Positions 1 to 13,247 of a stretch of 64,000 bases of DNA are shown piece after piece. The position numbers and the translations under genes were made by a program. Source of the stretch: Psammoneis japonica. Its lineage: Eukaryota. How positions within the stretch are numbered: position 1 is the first letter of the stretch; each line of letters begins with the position of its first letter. The stretch is from contig QPGO01000087.1 in NCBI GenBank assembly GCA_008632985.1, forward strand, positions 62,001 to 126,000, in the 5' to 3' direction. The notes beneath the pieces are model-generated. The model searched no databases. It was given only the letters and a program-made list of their open reading frames with translations, and was not told the DNA's origin.

Positions 1-1779
1 CGTGCACGTGTCTAACCAAGGACTTTAGGTTGGCTCGATCACCGCGATTCCAACCTGTAGAGGAGCCTTCGGGGAGCTCCGCTTCAAAGTTGGCGTATCT
101 GGCGTGTGAAGAAGGATACGATACGTAAGTTCAGAGAGTTTTTTCTTTTTGTTGGTTGTTAATGTTCGATCCTTCGTACTTGTAGTATGCTCAACTTATC
201 CCATTGGTTGACTTTGCTTCCTTTCGTTGTCTCCTACGTCAAACATAGACACGGTGGTGCTGTCTCGTTATACATGATGGATTGGAAAATCGAGAAGTAT
301 ATTGGTGCTCCTGTGATGGATAGTAATTGTGAACTAGTGAAAATGGTGGATCTCCCATCATTCTCCACCGACCAACAAGCAGACAATGTTGAGAGTGTCG
401 CAGGCATGACCTTTCCTGGACTCTTCTTGAACCAGCTACCCGATTCATGTTTTCCTCCCAACAATCACGAGTACATTCTGCTGAATACGAAGTGGGGATC
501 TGTTGCAAAGGTTGTTCGAGTGTCACTAGTGGACAGGAAGCTCACCGTGCTGGACCTGGACATTGACCAAGGAACTGCAAAAGCCACGGCAAAGGAGAAC
601 CTCGCGAGTCAATCATTTCTTTGCTTCACTAGGAATGGTGGAGCAATAGTGTCAGAGAGCGCTTCGAATCAACCGGCTGTGATTGGATATGTTTCGCCTG
701 AATCAATGTCTTCCTATTCGACACTACTTCGCGCTCGCTTGATATCAAACATGTCACCCATTGCGACATCCAGTGTGTCGAGTATTGACACCGTAGGGAA
801 AATGAAGGAGTCATTTGACTACAAAGTGTTCAGTGTTCCAGCACCGACGTTGCCAGGTGCTGCGGAAACTCGTATTCAATGTATCCTGCTTACTCCCACG
901 TCCGCGTCTGACAAGGGCAAGCCGCCGCTTCTCGTGGTGCCACATGGTGGCCCGCATTCGTCTTCTGTCACCACGTATATTGCCAGCTATGCCTTTTTGT
1001 GTGCTCACGGGGGGTACGCCGTCTTGTTTGTGAATTATCGCGGCTCGGACGGATTCGGAATGGACGCTCTCAACTCCTTGCCGGGCAATATTGGTGTAGT
1101 GGATGTGGCGGATGTAGTTCAAGCAACAAGGGCGGTTTGTGATTCAGGTCAAGTGGATGCTTCTTGGGTTGGCATTTGTGGAGGTTCGCATGGTGGATTT
1201 CTCGCCGGACATCTTTTAGGGCAATATCCAAACTTGTTTCAAGCAGCTGCAATGAGGAATCCAGTGACCAACATTGCAACCATGGTTTCCTCTACTGATA
1301 TTCCTGACTGGTGTTATGTGGAGACCTTTGGACACAAGGGAAAATATGATTGGACCAAGTTCAGTGGCCCTACCGCGCAACAATTGGAGGAAATGTACAG
1401 GGCTAGTCCGATTGCACACGTAAAGAATGTTGTTGCGCCCACGTTAATCGCAGTTGGGATGAGTGACAAGAGGGTGCCGCCATCACAGAGTCTCGAGTAT
1501 TATCATACGCTGCGATCCGCTGGGATCAAAACAAAGCTATTGATGTATGATGAGGATGATCATGCTATTGATCGTTCTGCGAGCCAAGCCGACCATTGGA
1601 TCAATGTAAGAAAAACTGCACTGGACGTGACATCCTGGTGTTTTTCTTTATACAGTACTGTAGTCTCTGGCTGGCTCACCCCTGAATCGTCTTCTTCTCT
1701 TCCTTCTTGCAAAACCACCTCGAATCTATTGTAGATCAAACGTTGGTTCGATGAACATTTGAGAGGAGGTGAGTGTTGA
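1..1779 (+). CDS. Acylamino-acid-releasing enzyme (S9C peptidase, APEH-like), 5' end outside the window; introns about 125-248 and 1606-1734
   Basis: PLLVVPHGGPH, VNYRGS, nucleophile motif GGSHGG, catalytic Asp (SDKRV) and His (DDHAI). GTAAG...AG introns restore the frame to IKRWFDEHLRGGEC*. Confidence 0.9.
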
Positions 1780-2307
1780 GCAACATTGTTTTCTGACATC
1801 GAGTTTGGAAGAGGATCGACAAGATGATCCATTCAATTAGAATATAGTATTCTAAAGTTCGGAATACATTCAGAGCTGGGCATAAGTCATCCGTGAAATT
1901 CAAGGGTTTCGATTGGATTGAACTTTTTTGCGAAGGACCAAACGAGAGTTTGTGACGAGGACTGCTACGGAACTTTCTCTCTTTACGTAGTATTTTTAAA
2001 AGTAAAATTCTTTTTTGGCATTAGAATGGTGAACTTTCAGAGAAACGGAGTCTATCGCAGTGCTTTTCTTGGCCGTGATGTGGGATGACATGGATTCGTT
2101 CCCTCCTGCTCACATTTTTTGTGAGCATGGTTTTTGAAATTTTGATGACGTCATACCTGCCCAAGTTGAATGGGCGTATGGTACCCATATTGTACTTCAC
2201 AACTACGTATGTAGAAGCGTACCACGAATGTCCTATGTACGTCATTTTGAGAAGGTTTGGGATTAGCTCTTTTCAATCGGCACTTTCTGCTTTCTGCGAC
2301 CTCGACC

Positions 2308-4942
2308 ATGGCAGGTTCCCAATCGACGGCGCAATCTCCGACCGCAATTGGAGGCGATGATGATCGTGTGACAAAGAAACTCAAAATCTCTAACGATAGA
2401 TTCAGCGACGACAGCACTGCAGAGAAGTCTCTACCGCCTGGATTTGTCTCATGTCAGAAACTCTTGCTATCCAAACCTTCCAACACCGGCTCGTCTCTTT
2501 TGCCAGAGTCGCTCCTCCAGTCTAGTCAAACAAAAAACAATTTGGGTCGCCTCAAAGCGTTGTTTGATGCACATGGCTTTCGTACGGCTGTGATTCAGTC
2601 CCCACGTGCCGCGCTCTCGGTCTACAAAGACTCTTGCCGTGATGACAGCGCCGCTGATGATGGAAAACGGTTTATTCTAACAATGTTGGGTATGCACCCG
2701 GATCAAACAGACATGGAACAATGGTATGCGTCATCAATCAAGAGTGTACACTGCTTGTTACTCTTTTGCCGACGAATCCGGGCCCTTTGTCCAAAGGCTG
2801 CGACAACGGATGAGGTAAAGAACTTGTTGGAGACCAATGTAGCTCTGTGCGGTGAAATCGCTCCGAGTTCCGATTCCTCGTCGAGAATCATGGAGAAAGC
2901 TCAAAGCTTGGCAGCTTCACTTTCAAAACGTGTTGCGCAATTAAATTCTTCGATTGTCAAGGCTGATCCTCGACTTCGTATTGAACAATTGGAACACGAA
3001 TTCGAACGTCTGTCTCTCTGGAATTCTACATTGGCTAATGCTACACTTCAACTCTTTCTGGATAGAAACGATTGTTGCATTCAAAACATTTATTTCAAAC
3101 GGAGCCATATGAGCAAATACGAACGCATCACGATATATTTGTACGATCCCGAGGTTGATTTGCTCAAGCCGCCACGGTTCACATTTTTACCGTCCTTGCG
3201 ACGAGCGTTGGAAGACGGGGCTGAAGCCGTTGCCGAGGACATGGTCAACTCGTTCTGGCAGAATCTGTTGCGCCATGGATATTTTGCAACGAGTAGAATC
3301 AAGGCAGACTTAACTCCGCATCTGACCCAGTATTTCCTTTCGGGTATTGCGTCGGATCCTACTATTCCGCTTTTGCTGTGAGTTGTTGTTTGCTCGAGTG
3401 TTATTCTTTCGCATCTTTCTGCTGCCATTTCCTCTCGGCGTTGACATTTGTTTCTTTTTTATTTTTCTGCAACAGCAGTTCACACTTTACGCCGACCTAT
3501 CCCTTGTCGTTTTACCTCTTTGGGCGTGCTGGTGTTGGGAAGAGCTCCTTGGTGCGACACTTTTCACCAGCGCTCAATCGCAGCATTGAGCAGCACGTTG
3601 ACCCGGAACTCATGGTTCGCTTTGTCAAGCAAAATCTCAACAAACCAATGAAAGACCTGAGGTTGGAACTCGAGCTGCGACCAAACAATAATGATTTGAG
3701 TGTCATGAGTATAATTCAAGGCCGTCGAATGACCATGACGCAAACCAAGCCAGGATTGGTAGTTATCGATATGGAAGAGATGTCGAGTAACGCTGCAAAT
3801 GCCAATCCGAATCAACTTGAGACAGCACAGTTGCTCAGTCAACGCTTTTCTGGGCGAAATAGTGACTACAAGGATGGAAACGCTGCCGCCCCGAGGAATT
3901 CTACGAAACGAGGTATGTCTTTACAGGAGTGAATCTCCCGGACCCAACAGTGGCTTGGCTGACGCTTCCGTCGCTTTCTGTTGTTAAAGGTATAAGTGGC
4001 GATGCTTCTCTCATTGTGCTCTTCACATCCAACTACGACCTTGAAGCTCCCTGTCAAGATGCTTTGAAACGACTCAAAATGTTCGCCAACTTACAAGTTG
4101 TTCATATGACGGCTGTCGAAGGCGACGATCGCCGAGACTTTGCTCATTCCTATATAATACAGTGCGTTCAGGATCGATTTCCTGGCATGACTAAATCTTG
4201 TGATATTGATCTTGCAATTCCATTTGGGCAGGGAGACACGAGACCGTTGGTACGACATTTGAGAATGCTTGCCTTTTACGTTTATGCCTTGGTTCGTACC
4301 GATACGTCGGGGTCCAGAATCGAAGCCAAAGCAGTCCAACGGGATGATGAAAGTCATCTGTGCACTGTCAGTACGAAAGAAAAGTCCATTGAACTGCGGG
4401 TGGGAACCATGGATAATCTTTTTCCGGTGACGCATCAGGTGTTTGATGACCGTACGGAAAAGGCCATGGACGAGATCCGAAAGAGGAGCTCATGTTCTCC
4501 GCAGATGCTGGATGAGTTGTCCCAAATTATTGATTTTTGGTTTGCAAAGACACTTGCGCCAGCTGTTGTTCTATCCAAAGACGCGTCTCTTATTTCTACG
4601 CTCGTTGAAGCAGTGAGCCACCAGCATGATGTGCACTCCATCCAAGGAGTACAAGCCGGAAGTTACAAGATGATGAAGAGTTTGTATGATCCAACGGATA
4701 CTCCTAACCTAAGAGACGACATTCTAAGTCTCGGAAGAGGGGCGTTTGTGGCAATAGAATTGCAGTGTCCTTCGATTGACGCCCAGTTGTGCGTTAGGGA
4801 GATCATTGAAGACAGTCCATCCATGACCGCTTTCTCGACTCAGAAGTCGGCGTTGTACAAAACAGGGTTGATCTTCTTCGTTCACATCGGAGGTGAGCTG
4901 GTTACGCCAGAGGTAGAAAGTCGAGCTTCGTTGATATTGTAA
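2308..4942 (+). CDS. Uncharacterised P-loop/AAA+ ATPase-domain protein; introns 3378-3475 and 3913-3989
   Basis: Three ORFs join in frame through GT-AG introns. Walker A GRAGVGKS, Walker B-like LVVIDMEE and sensor-1-like LFTSNY. Confidence 0.7.
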
Positions 4943-5075
4943 CGCAGTGGACAGTAACGCATTTCCCGGGAGCATTGCACCATTCTTAACACCGCTAGAG
5001 GGGGGCCTACAAGTCTAGATTCTGGTAGACGTGCAACACGCAGCTATCCAAACAGAAAAAACTTAATGCAAAATT

Positions 5076-7399
5076 CTATATTATGAGATTTCCTACTTTT
5101 TCCTTTTGGATGAGCGCCAATTTTTTTGGCTTGTGCACACCGTTAAAGGCTTCGGTTCCATCCTTTCCAGCGACATCTGTGATAAGGCTTGATCCGCCTG
5201 GGTGACTTGCGGCGAAGTTTGTCACGTCGAAGACTTCTCCGTGGAAAGCTACCCAACAATCTTCAGGATCGTTGTGCTGCTCCAATTCCTCCAAAGTCAC
5301 AACACGTTCGTCAACACCAGTCTCGTCTGCTGTACCTGATTCGACTAGAGTCCCTATTCTCTCGTCATCAAAATCGCCAAGCATGTTGGTGTTGTGGACC
5401 GCGCTAAACGCCTCCGTGCCATCCTTCCCGGCAAGGTCATGGATTGACTTTGCGCCAGCAGGGTGCTCTTCAGCAAAGTCAGTAAAGTCGTACACGACGC
5501 CATTTACCGCTACCCAACAGTCATCTGGAGTGTTGTGCTTGGACAACTCTTCCGTCGTCACCTGTGGGAGTGCTTTCGTTTCTTTCTTCACGTTCCTTGT
5601 TGCAGCAGGTGAAAGAGCTTGCGCAACAGATCGAGTCTTTATTGGGATCTTTTTACCGACAATTGTTCCGTAGACGGTGCATTCGAGAAGAGAATTGCCA
5701 CCGAGTCTGTTGTTTCCGTGAACGCCACCAGCAACCTCTCCAGCAGCGTGAAGACCGGGAATCACATTCCGATCTTCGTCCAGAACATTTCCTTCATTAT
5801 CTATCGTAATACCGCCCATGCAGTAGTGAAGTACAGGCGTAACCTTGCCTGCGTAGAAGATTTCATTTTCCAAATCATCCTTCGGAACGCCACGGAAAAA
5901 CTCTTTGCCCCACTGGTCACTTCCTTTCTTGGCGTCCGTCTGGTACTGCACCAGAGACTTTCGTACCGTCTCGACTTCCAAACCCATCCATGACGCAAGT
6001 TCCGGGAGCCCTTCGATTCTCGTCAGAAGACCCTTGTGAGTGTACAAGTCCACATGCTTTCTCCCCGCATCAGCAGCAGTAGAAGCCAAGACTAGAGAGA
6101 ATGTTGGAATCTCATCAGCTACATCCCATTTCCCAACCTCGGCAAAGTGAGGGGCGTGCGAAAGCATCTTATTGGTTACATAGGCTCTGGTTCCAAGTTC
6201 GTTACAAAATCTGAGGATAATCGTGGCAGTCAATAATTAGGGCGGCATCCTTTCAACACGCAGCAGTTGCTATCCAATGATCTACTTACCGGTTGCCATC
6301 CTTGTTCAACAAAATGCCGCCGACACCACGCATTAGCTCCGCAGCGAGAATCTTGCTTGGGTTTGAAGGGTCCGACGGATCTATCCATCCTGTTGGATGA
6401 ATTTGAACCTTGTCCATGTCTGTGGTACCAGCGCCAAGCTCGGTGGCAAGAGTTATTCCATCCCCTGTTGAGAAATCTCCGGCCGTTGCAGGCATGGTCA
6501 TGAATTCAGGACGATGCTTTGACAAGTAGGAGCCGCTGGATCGGTCAGACGCAAAGCCTCCCGTAGCAAGAACAACGTTGGGTGTTCTTATTTCTGTTGT
6601 GGTACCTTCATCATCCAATGTACTTGCGTATTCAACCCCAACAACTGCGCCGTTCTCGTCCTTGAGCAACTGTGTGACACGCGAGTCAACAAGAATTTTC
6701 ACCTTTCCCTCTTTCTCATAGGCGCGAACAGCCTTTTGCATTCCATAAATAATTTCTGCACCAACCATGCCGTTGTTCGGTCGATGTGTTCGTTTGTGTG
6801 AGTGACCGCCCAGTTGCGCCAAGAGGGACAGGTCGACACCAACACGATCTTTCAACCAGTTGACTGCATCTGCGCTGTTGCGCACTAGGGTGTCAATCAG
6901 AATAGGCTGTGCCGCTTCCCCAGCAGACTTAGTGGTGTCCCGACGAAAGGTTTCCAACGCATCCCCATATGTGTCATTGTGTGGACAACACGCGTTAATA
7001 CCGGAAGAAGCCTTATTCGAGTTACCACCGAGGCGATGTTCCTTTTCAATGACAACGACTCTTCCACCGCGATCGAGAATGTTTAGAGTTGCCGCTAATC
7101 CCGCAAGTCCACTGCCCACCACCACCGCATCTGGTTCGTCGTCCACTACCTCTCCTAGCTCACCAATCGACGCTGACATTCTCAAAAACTTTTCCGAGTC
7201 CGTGCCGTAGTACTTGGCCAAGACAAGAAGGTCGGCGTCCCTCGCCAAGGCTAGTCGCACAAGTTCTGCTTCTCTCTCGGGACTGATGTAGCCCCCACTC
7301 GCCAAAGACGCTGCCAATCCCACTGTAACATCCACAAGATTTGTTGAAGAGTCTGAATTCGGCGATGGCAACTCGTCACGTCCCTTGCTGCCCAAAAGA
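5076..7399 (-). CDS. Soluble FAD-dependent fumarate reductase (Osm1/flavocytochrome c type) followed by two cytochrome b5 domains; intron 6211-6289
   Basis: VVVGSGLAG, GGNSNKASSGIN, GGHSHKRTH, VLATGGF, VQIHPTG, RFCNELGTR (across the intron), HYCMGG, AAGEVAGGVHGNNRLGGNSL. Two b5 repeats with DCWVA..G.V.D plus HPAG and HPGG heme motifs. Confidence 0.9.
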
Positions 7400-8939
7400 G
7401 GTTGGTTAAATCTCGAACCTCCTTGATGGACTCAGAAAACTTCGCAACGGTATTGATAAAGGCAACAATCTCGTTCCGTTCTAGCGACGTCGGAATCAAA
7501 TCTGTCCGTGTAAAAAGAATCTTAAGTGCCGTGCCATATCCCAGCATTGCCATTTTGCCGTGCAGTTTGCACTGTTGACACTGGACGCAATCCAGAATCG
7601 AGCTGATATTGTGAAAAACACCCTTGAAATTCTCTTGCAGCGAAACGGCATCATCACCTTCGTCGGGTTGAAACATGAGTGACTCATCAAAAGCTGAAAA
7701 GACTTCATGACAAGAGCGCAGAATCGTAGAGTCCAACAGCCGCTTCAACAAAATGGTGGCAGTCTCGTCTTCGACAATGTTTCCGGTTCGGATTTCATAA
7801 TTGTGCAAAAAGGTGGATGCCTTTTGCAAGGCCCGTAAGAGGACAACATAGCTAAAGTGTAGGTTTCGAATATGCTCCGGATTGCTTTCAAACTTTTCCA
7901 TAAAGTATTGCGGGTTGGGTTCCCAATCTTTTCGATTCTTTCGTTTCGACGGTGCATAATAATTCTTGGCAATCGACAGAGTCGTGGACGAGTGCAGCCC
8001 CGACAGTAGCCTGTAAAGGACTCGTTCTTCAAAACACATGGGTGCTGACGCCGATCCATCCACCGAAATACAATTCTCTTCATAAATGGCCTTCCAAATG
8101 TGCGTCCCGTTGTATCCCGTATTGCGTTCGGGATTGAGTGCTAAATTCACCAGCTTGACACCCTCGCCCGTTTTGATGTTGGAGCACATGTCCAACCAAA
8201 AATTATCCGATAAACCTCCATCACAATCATCCTCTTTGTTTGGCATAACCACAATGGGATCGGTCGATTTGGACCAAGAAAAAGTGTTTCGCTGTTCATC
8301 GTCTTCCCAACTCGTGAGTTTGGCAATGGAGCGGAGCGCTGAGGAAATCAAATCACGAATGGGCGTCGTTGGAACAAAATCGTCCTCTTTTAAATTACAA
8401 AGCGGTTCTGCATCCTCATCCATTTCATCCTTGTCTCCACCGTCGCATTCAAAGTCATCGTCGTCGTCTTCGTAATCGTCTTCAGGAATTGAGGCTTCTT
8501 CTGGAGGCGGTGCGCTCATGGCCGAGCTCGTGGCTGATGACGAAGAGAACATTCCTTGGTCCGTATCTTGAACGCTACAGGCAGGCTCCGCATCTGGATC
8601 CAGATCTGGTAAGCCACTCGATGCACACTGTGTCTCTTCTTCGTCGTCGTGGTCGTCCTCTTCAGGCGGTTCTGGAGTCTCTGTTTCATGTTTCACTTTT
8701 CCCCGTTTTCTCCACTCCACCAAGGGACATTTGTGATCCAGATCTACAGCAAAAGACCGGAAAAAGGCTGTCTGCTTTAATTCTTGCAATATCGAGTGTA
8801 GCTGTGAGTCATTGGCTTCTTCCAGCTGTTCGACATTGCAGCTGGCGTCTTGAATCGGGCCACTGGGTGTCGGGAACAATGGCACTTCTTGCGCGACAAC
8901 GGACGCCGACAAGAGCAGCAACAGGGCTGTTCGTTTCAT
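7400..8939 (-). CDS. ERO1: ER oxidoreductin 1 (ERO1) domain with signal peptide; probably the N-terminal part of a fusion with the downstream fumarate reductase
   Basis: Signal peptide MKRTALLLLLSASVVA, FFRSFAVDL..KCP, NPERNTGYNG, CFEERVLYRLLSGLHSS and the C-terminal CxxCxxC motif DCVQCQQCKLHGK. Confidence 0.9.
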
Positions 8940-9704
8940 TCTAAAAGCAAAATCACAATAGTAAGAGTTCAGATGGTGTGAATGCTCTCGCTTCTCTGTC
9001 AACAAGAGTGATAATGATTTAAGTTGTCGAAACTTTTCTTTTTGAAAAATGACCGTAAAAGAAAGGGAAAGAAAGGCATGCATGCAGGCGGGCAGAGTCT
9101 CAAAAATTGCGAGCCGCGTGTCATCATGTCGCAGGAATGACCGTCGCGGGGCGTCTGACGCGGGAATCAAAAAGATCAACTTCCACGTGGCATTATCATG
9201 CATGTGTTTGTGTGGTCGGTTTCGCTGTTCTGTGTTGGTTCTTTCACTCGTTGTGTGTGTCTGGCCCTGGCCACCAACACTGCACAAAGCTTCTTTTCCT
9301 TGTTCTGTGTGCCAGCAGTGTGACACACAGAAAAGGAACGCTGGTTAGAGACCAGATCAAAGTGGAGACTGGCAGACTGTTGGAGCGGGTGTGGCCTCAG
9401 ATTTTTTGCATGGCCAGGCATTTTCACATTTGCCCAATGCAGAAAGACCAGGGTTCAAAGTTTCCTTGAGATGGCCAACACTCTAACAAACAAGGCAGCA
9501 ATCCATGGCCAGGTTGAGAGAGCAACAATGTGGGCTGTCCACATCTCTCAAAGACCCCCTCTCTCTCCCCCTCCTGAGCATGAGAGAGACAACAGCGTGC
9601 CAGCTGGGTGATGTGTTGTGTGTGCCTTAGATGCTCGCTCAAAGCACAGCACATGGAGAATCAAGGACACAAGGCATGAGAGCTGGCCCTGATCAGCTGT
9701 GCAG

Positions 9705-10300
9705 CATGTGGTGACATGTCAATGCAGGTGATGTGCTCCAGGTGATTCAATGAATGAGACGCAAAAGTGCCCACTGAGCAAGCGAGATGGCAAAGCCTCT
9801 TTGCCAGCAACCATTCAGGCTGCATGACAGCCTCTCATCTGTTCATGGAGCTTGCACTTTGGGCAGGATGCATGAAATGGTGAGATGCCTGCATGTCTTC
9901 CTGACACAGCAAGTGCAAGAAGAGATCTGAGCAGCTGAAAGCTCCCACTGACAGTGAAGTCAAAAGAGGTCAAAGGTTCCAAATTCAAAAAGAGATTTTC
10001 TGTCTGACTTGGCAATCAGGGATCTCAGAGGAGTTGTCATGACCTGGGAATGAGGAGGATCGAAGAACTCTGATTCGATCTCTGTTGAACAAAGAACATT
10101 GAAGTCACTGGCTGGCAAGGACGAGGATGTCACATGTGGCAACATGTCAACGCAGGCAATGCACTCCAGGTGATTCAATGAATGAGACATGCAAGTGCCC
10201 ACTGAGCAAGTGAGATGACAAAAAGGCTTGCCAGCAACCATCAGGCAGCATGACGCATCTCATCTGTCTGTTTGTGGAGCTCGCACTTTGGGCGGGACAC
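9705..10300 (+). repeat. Diverged direct repeat of about 165 bp (about 9705-9870 and 10133-10300)
   Basis: Shared core ctccaggtgattcaatgaatgagac...aagtgcccactgagcaag...gcactttgggc. Confidence 0.8.
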
Positions 10301-10423
10301 ATGACACAGCTGATCCTTCTGTTTGAGGGTCATTTGCAAAAAACATGTTCACAAGCTCTGGAGACAAGAACCTCAGCTGCCACCTGTCTCCTCACTTTCT
10401 TTTGTACAAGACAAACAGCAGCT

Positions 10424-12074
10424 TGGCAGGTTGGCTGGTCAATTGCACCAAAAACACCCAATGATGACATTTTAAGGATTGGCTCCTGTCACCCTCACCA
10501 GCAGGACCACCAGCACATTAAGACCTCCAGGTCACTGTCCACGAAAGACACTGTGTGGGATGATGCAAACACAAATGCACAAAATGATTTAAGTCTGCCA
10601 GTGTGATGCTCTGCTGAACACACTGAAATCCATCTTCATTCACAGACCCTTCCACCACCGCTGCAAATCACCGTGTTGTCGACAAGAACGAACTTTGCGT
10701 TGCCACCGCTGAATGCACAATGAGAGCCAAATGTTCTGATGCCACAGATTGACAGATGTCACTGTGAATTGACTGTGTCTGATGCCAGAAGCTTTGGTTG
10801 GTTGCAATCCGAATGACATTGAACCAAAGAAAAACACACCGGCTCCAACAACAATGCCAATGCAACGCCAAACCAACATGAACAAGTGCAAACAGAAAGA
10901 AACAGAATGAACGTGCATTCATGTGTTTTACACAGCAATTGCAACAACACGCTCACACCTTTTTTGCAATGCTGCTGCTCTTTGTTCTTTCAGAAGCCAA
11001 AGAGAAAATGACATCCGGAAGAGCTGCAGTGTCCTTTGGGAGCAGTTGAAACAAAGTGAGAAAAGAAACAGAATGAATGAGTGTTCCCACATTTCACGCA
11101 GCAATTCCAACAACACACTTGCACCTTTTTCCCCCAATGATGCTTCTCTTTGTCCTTCCAAAGTTTCAAAGAGAAAAAAAAAACCATTGCTGTCCACACA
11201 AGCTGTTGTGTCCTTTGGGAGCAGATGCAGAAAAGAAACAGAATGAATGAGCATTCACATGTTTCGTGCATCAATTCTAATGACACGCTCACACCTTTTT
11301 TGCCAACACTGCTGCTGTTTGTTCTTCCAAAGCTTCAAAGAGAAGCAAAGCCATCGACTTGGAGATCCCAAACCATGAATGCCACAGCCAACAGAGTGAG
11401 CTGTAAGACCACGCCGGAGCATCTCCATGTCCCATGAATGATGCCATTCCATGTTGAGTCAGCAACTTCATTTTTTGAATTGAGCTCGTACAGTTGTCAT
11501 TTTCATCAGCCATCCAACAACACACTTTGTTGGATCAATGAAGACAGCACCTTCAATTGCCAATGCTGCAACATCATGTGCAGAGATGGTCTGAAAAACA
11601 ACATGAACGGCCTTTGGCAAGAGATGTGGACACAGAAATGTGCAGCGGCCTTAAAATGACACTTGCCAAGTGAATGTTCTCTCACAATCATTCTGCACAT
11701 GCTGCTTTTACCTTGTGCTGCTTTTGGTTCATTGCCACTTTCATGATGCAATGAGCGATGAGCGATGAGCGAGATTTGTTGGATCATTTGCTTGTCTGCC
11801 TGCAGTGCTGCACGTAGAAACCACACTGGCTTCACCCAAGTGATGTCATGGTGATCTCACAATGATCTCACACTGCTGCAAAAAAGGACAACAAACATCC
11901 GCATCACTGAAGGTGGTGCAAATCCATTTGAAAGTTCAGGTCAGGTCTCCTCAACAAGATGATCTCAAATCCGGTCTCAAATGGATTTGCACCACCTTTG
12001 GTCATGAAGTTAAATGTGTGTGCACCCATCTCTAAAAATGTCGCATTTGGTGCAATTGACCAGCCAACCTGCCA
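10424..12074. mobile_element. Putative non-autonomous DNA transposon of about 1.65 kb with terminal inverted repeats
   Basis: tggcaggttggctggtcaattgcaccaaa at 10424 is the reverse complement of tttggtgcaattgaccagccaacctgcca ending at 12074. No recognisable transposase. Confidence 0.65.
10891..11345 (+). repeat. Tandem repeat of about 170 bp, roughly 2.7 copies
   Basis: Recurring aaagaaacagaatgaa...caccttttt...gtgtcctttgggagcag. Confidence 0.8.
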
Positions 12075-13247
12075 CTTTTCCCACAGTGAAAGTGGCTCAT
12101 TTTGACTCACACATGTTGACTCACCAATCTCAAAGAGAGTTGTCCTCCCCACTCTTCACATGATCTTGGCTGTTGAGGTCATCAAAGCAATGGTTTCTTT
12201 GTGTGACTTGGCAGCAATCGTGTGTGCTGGTGGCAGCTTCTACAGTTTTGACTTGGTGCACCCATCATCAGGATCTTGCTTTTTTTGTCTGACCTGCAGC
12301 CACATGACAGCTTGTTTTTGGCGTGCAGCACCACATCTGCTCCTTGGCTCTGCAAAGCATGCCACATGTCCAATGCAAGAATCTTGCCTGCCAGAGAGCA
12401 AAACACAGAAACAAGAGGACAGCAGGCTTTCATCATTTTTGTCGCAGTGACAGTGAAGCCATTTGTTTCTGCTTGCTCAGGCAGAAAAGAGCTCTCAAAC
12501 AAATGACTGCACTTGTTCCCACCATGTTGAAGGGCAGGGTTGTGGCACTGGACAATTGGAAAAGAGGAGAGGATCGCTGGAGTTTGCCCCCACAATCTTG
12601 ACCTGTTTTGTGTGAGGCTGGACCCACACTCAAGAGCACTTGAAAGATCTCATTTTGGTCCCAGCCCACAGAGGCAGCCACTGTCACATCAGTGCAGCAG
12701 CAAATGAGAATGATGGGGATGAGCAATGATCCTTCACAACATCTGATGAATCAGAGGAAAGTTGGATGAAGGATCGGTGTTGGCTGCTGAGCTTGGAAAA
12801 AGAAAGGGTTGCTCCAGTCTGTGTCAAGAGAGGGCTCTTGACCCTTTCTGGTTTCCATGATTTGTTCCTGAAAGCTCAAAATTGCAGAGTGGGTGGTGAT
12901 CTTGTTTCCGCCACCACAGAAGAGTTGCACATGGAACACTTCTTCAAATCTCCCCCCCCTGTCCTTTGCATGATGAGTCAGTGTTGGCTTTGAAGAACGT
13001 TGTTGCTCACCTTGCTTGTTCACCACACAGCAGCACTTGGTCAGGGGCAAACATCAAATGGCACAATGACAACATGCAGAATGCACTCGTGTTGAGCATG
13101 AGACAAGCCAGTTGCAGCTGGCAAGGCAATTGAAGCTGGAGCCACTCTTTTTCATTGAGAGAATCCAGGCCACGAGTGACGATGGTGATTGCCCCTCTTT
13201 TTCATTCTATGATGACATTGCTTGTTTGTCACTTGAACAACTTCATC

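Noticed and set aside
8940..9326. N-terminal extension of the ERO1 ORF
   Set aside because: The signal peptide begins at ATG 8939, and the extension runs into non-coding, stop-poor sequence.
10891..11345. CRISPR-like array
   Set aside because: Units are about 170 bp with no unique spacers, there are no cas genes, and the context is eukaryotic.
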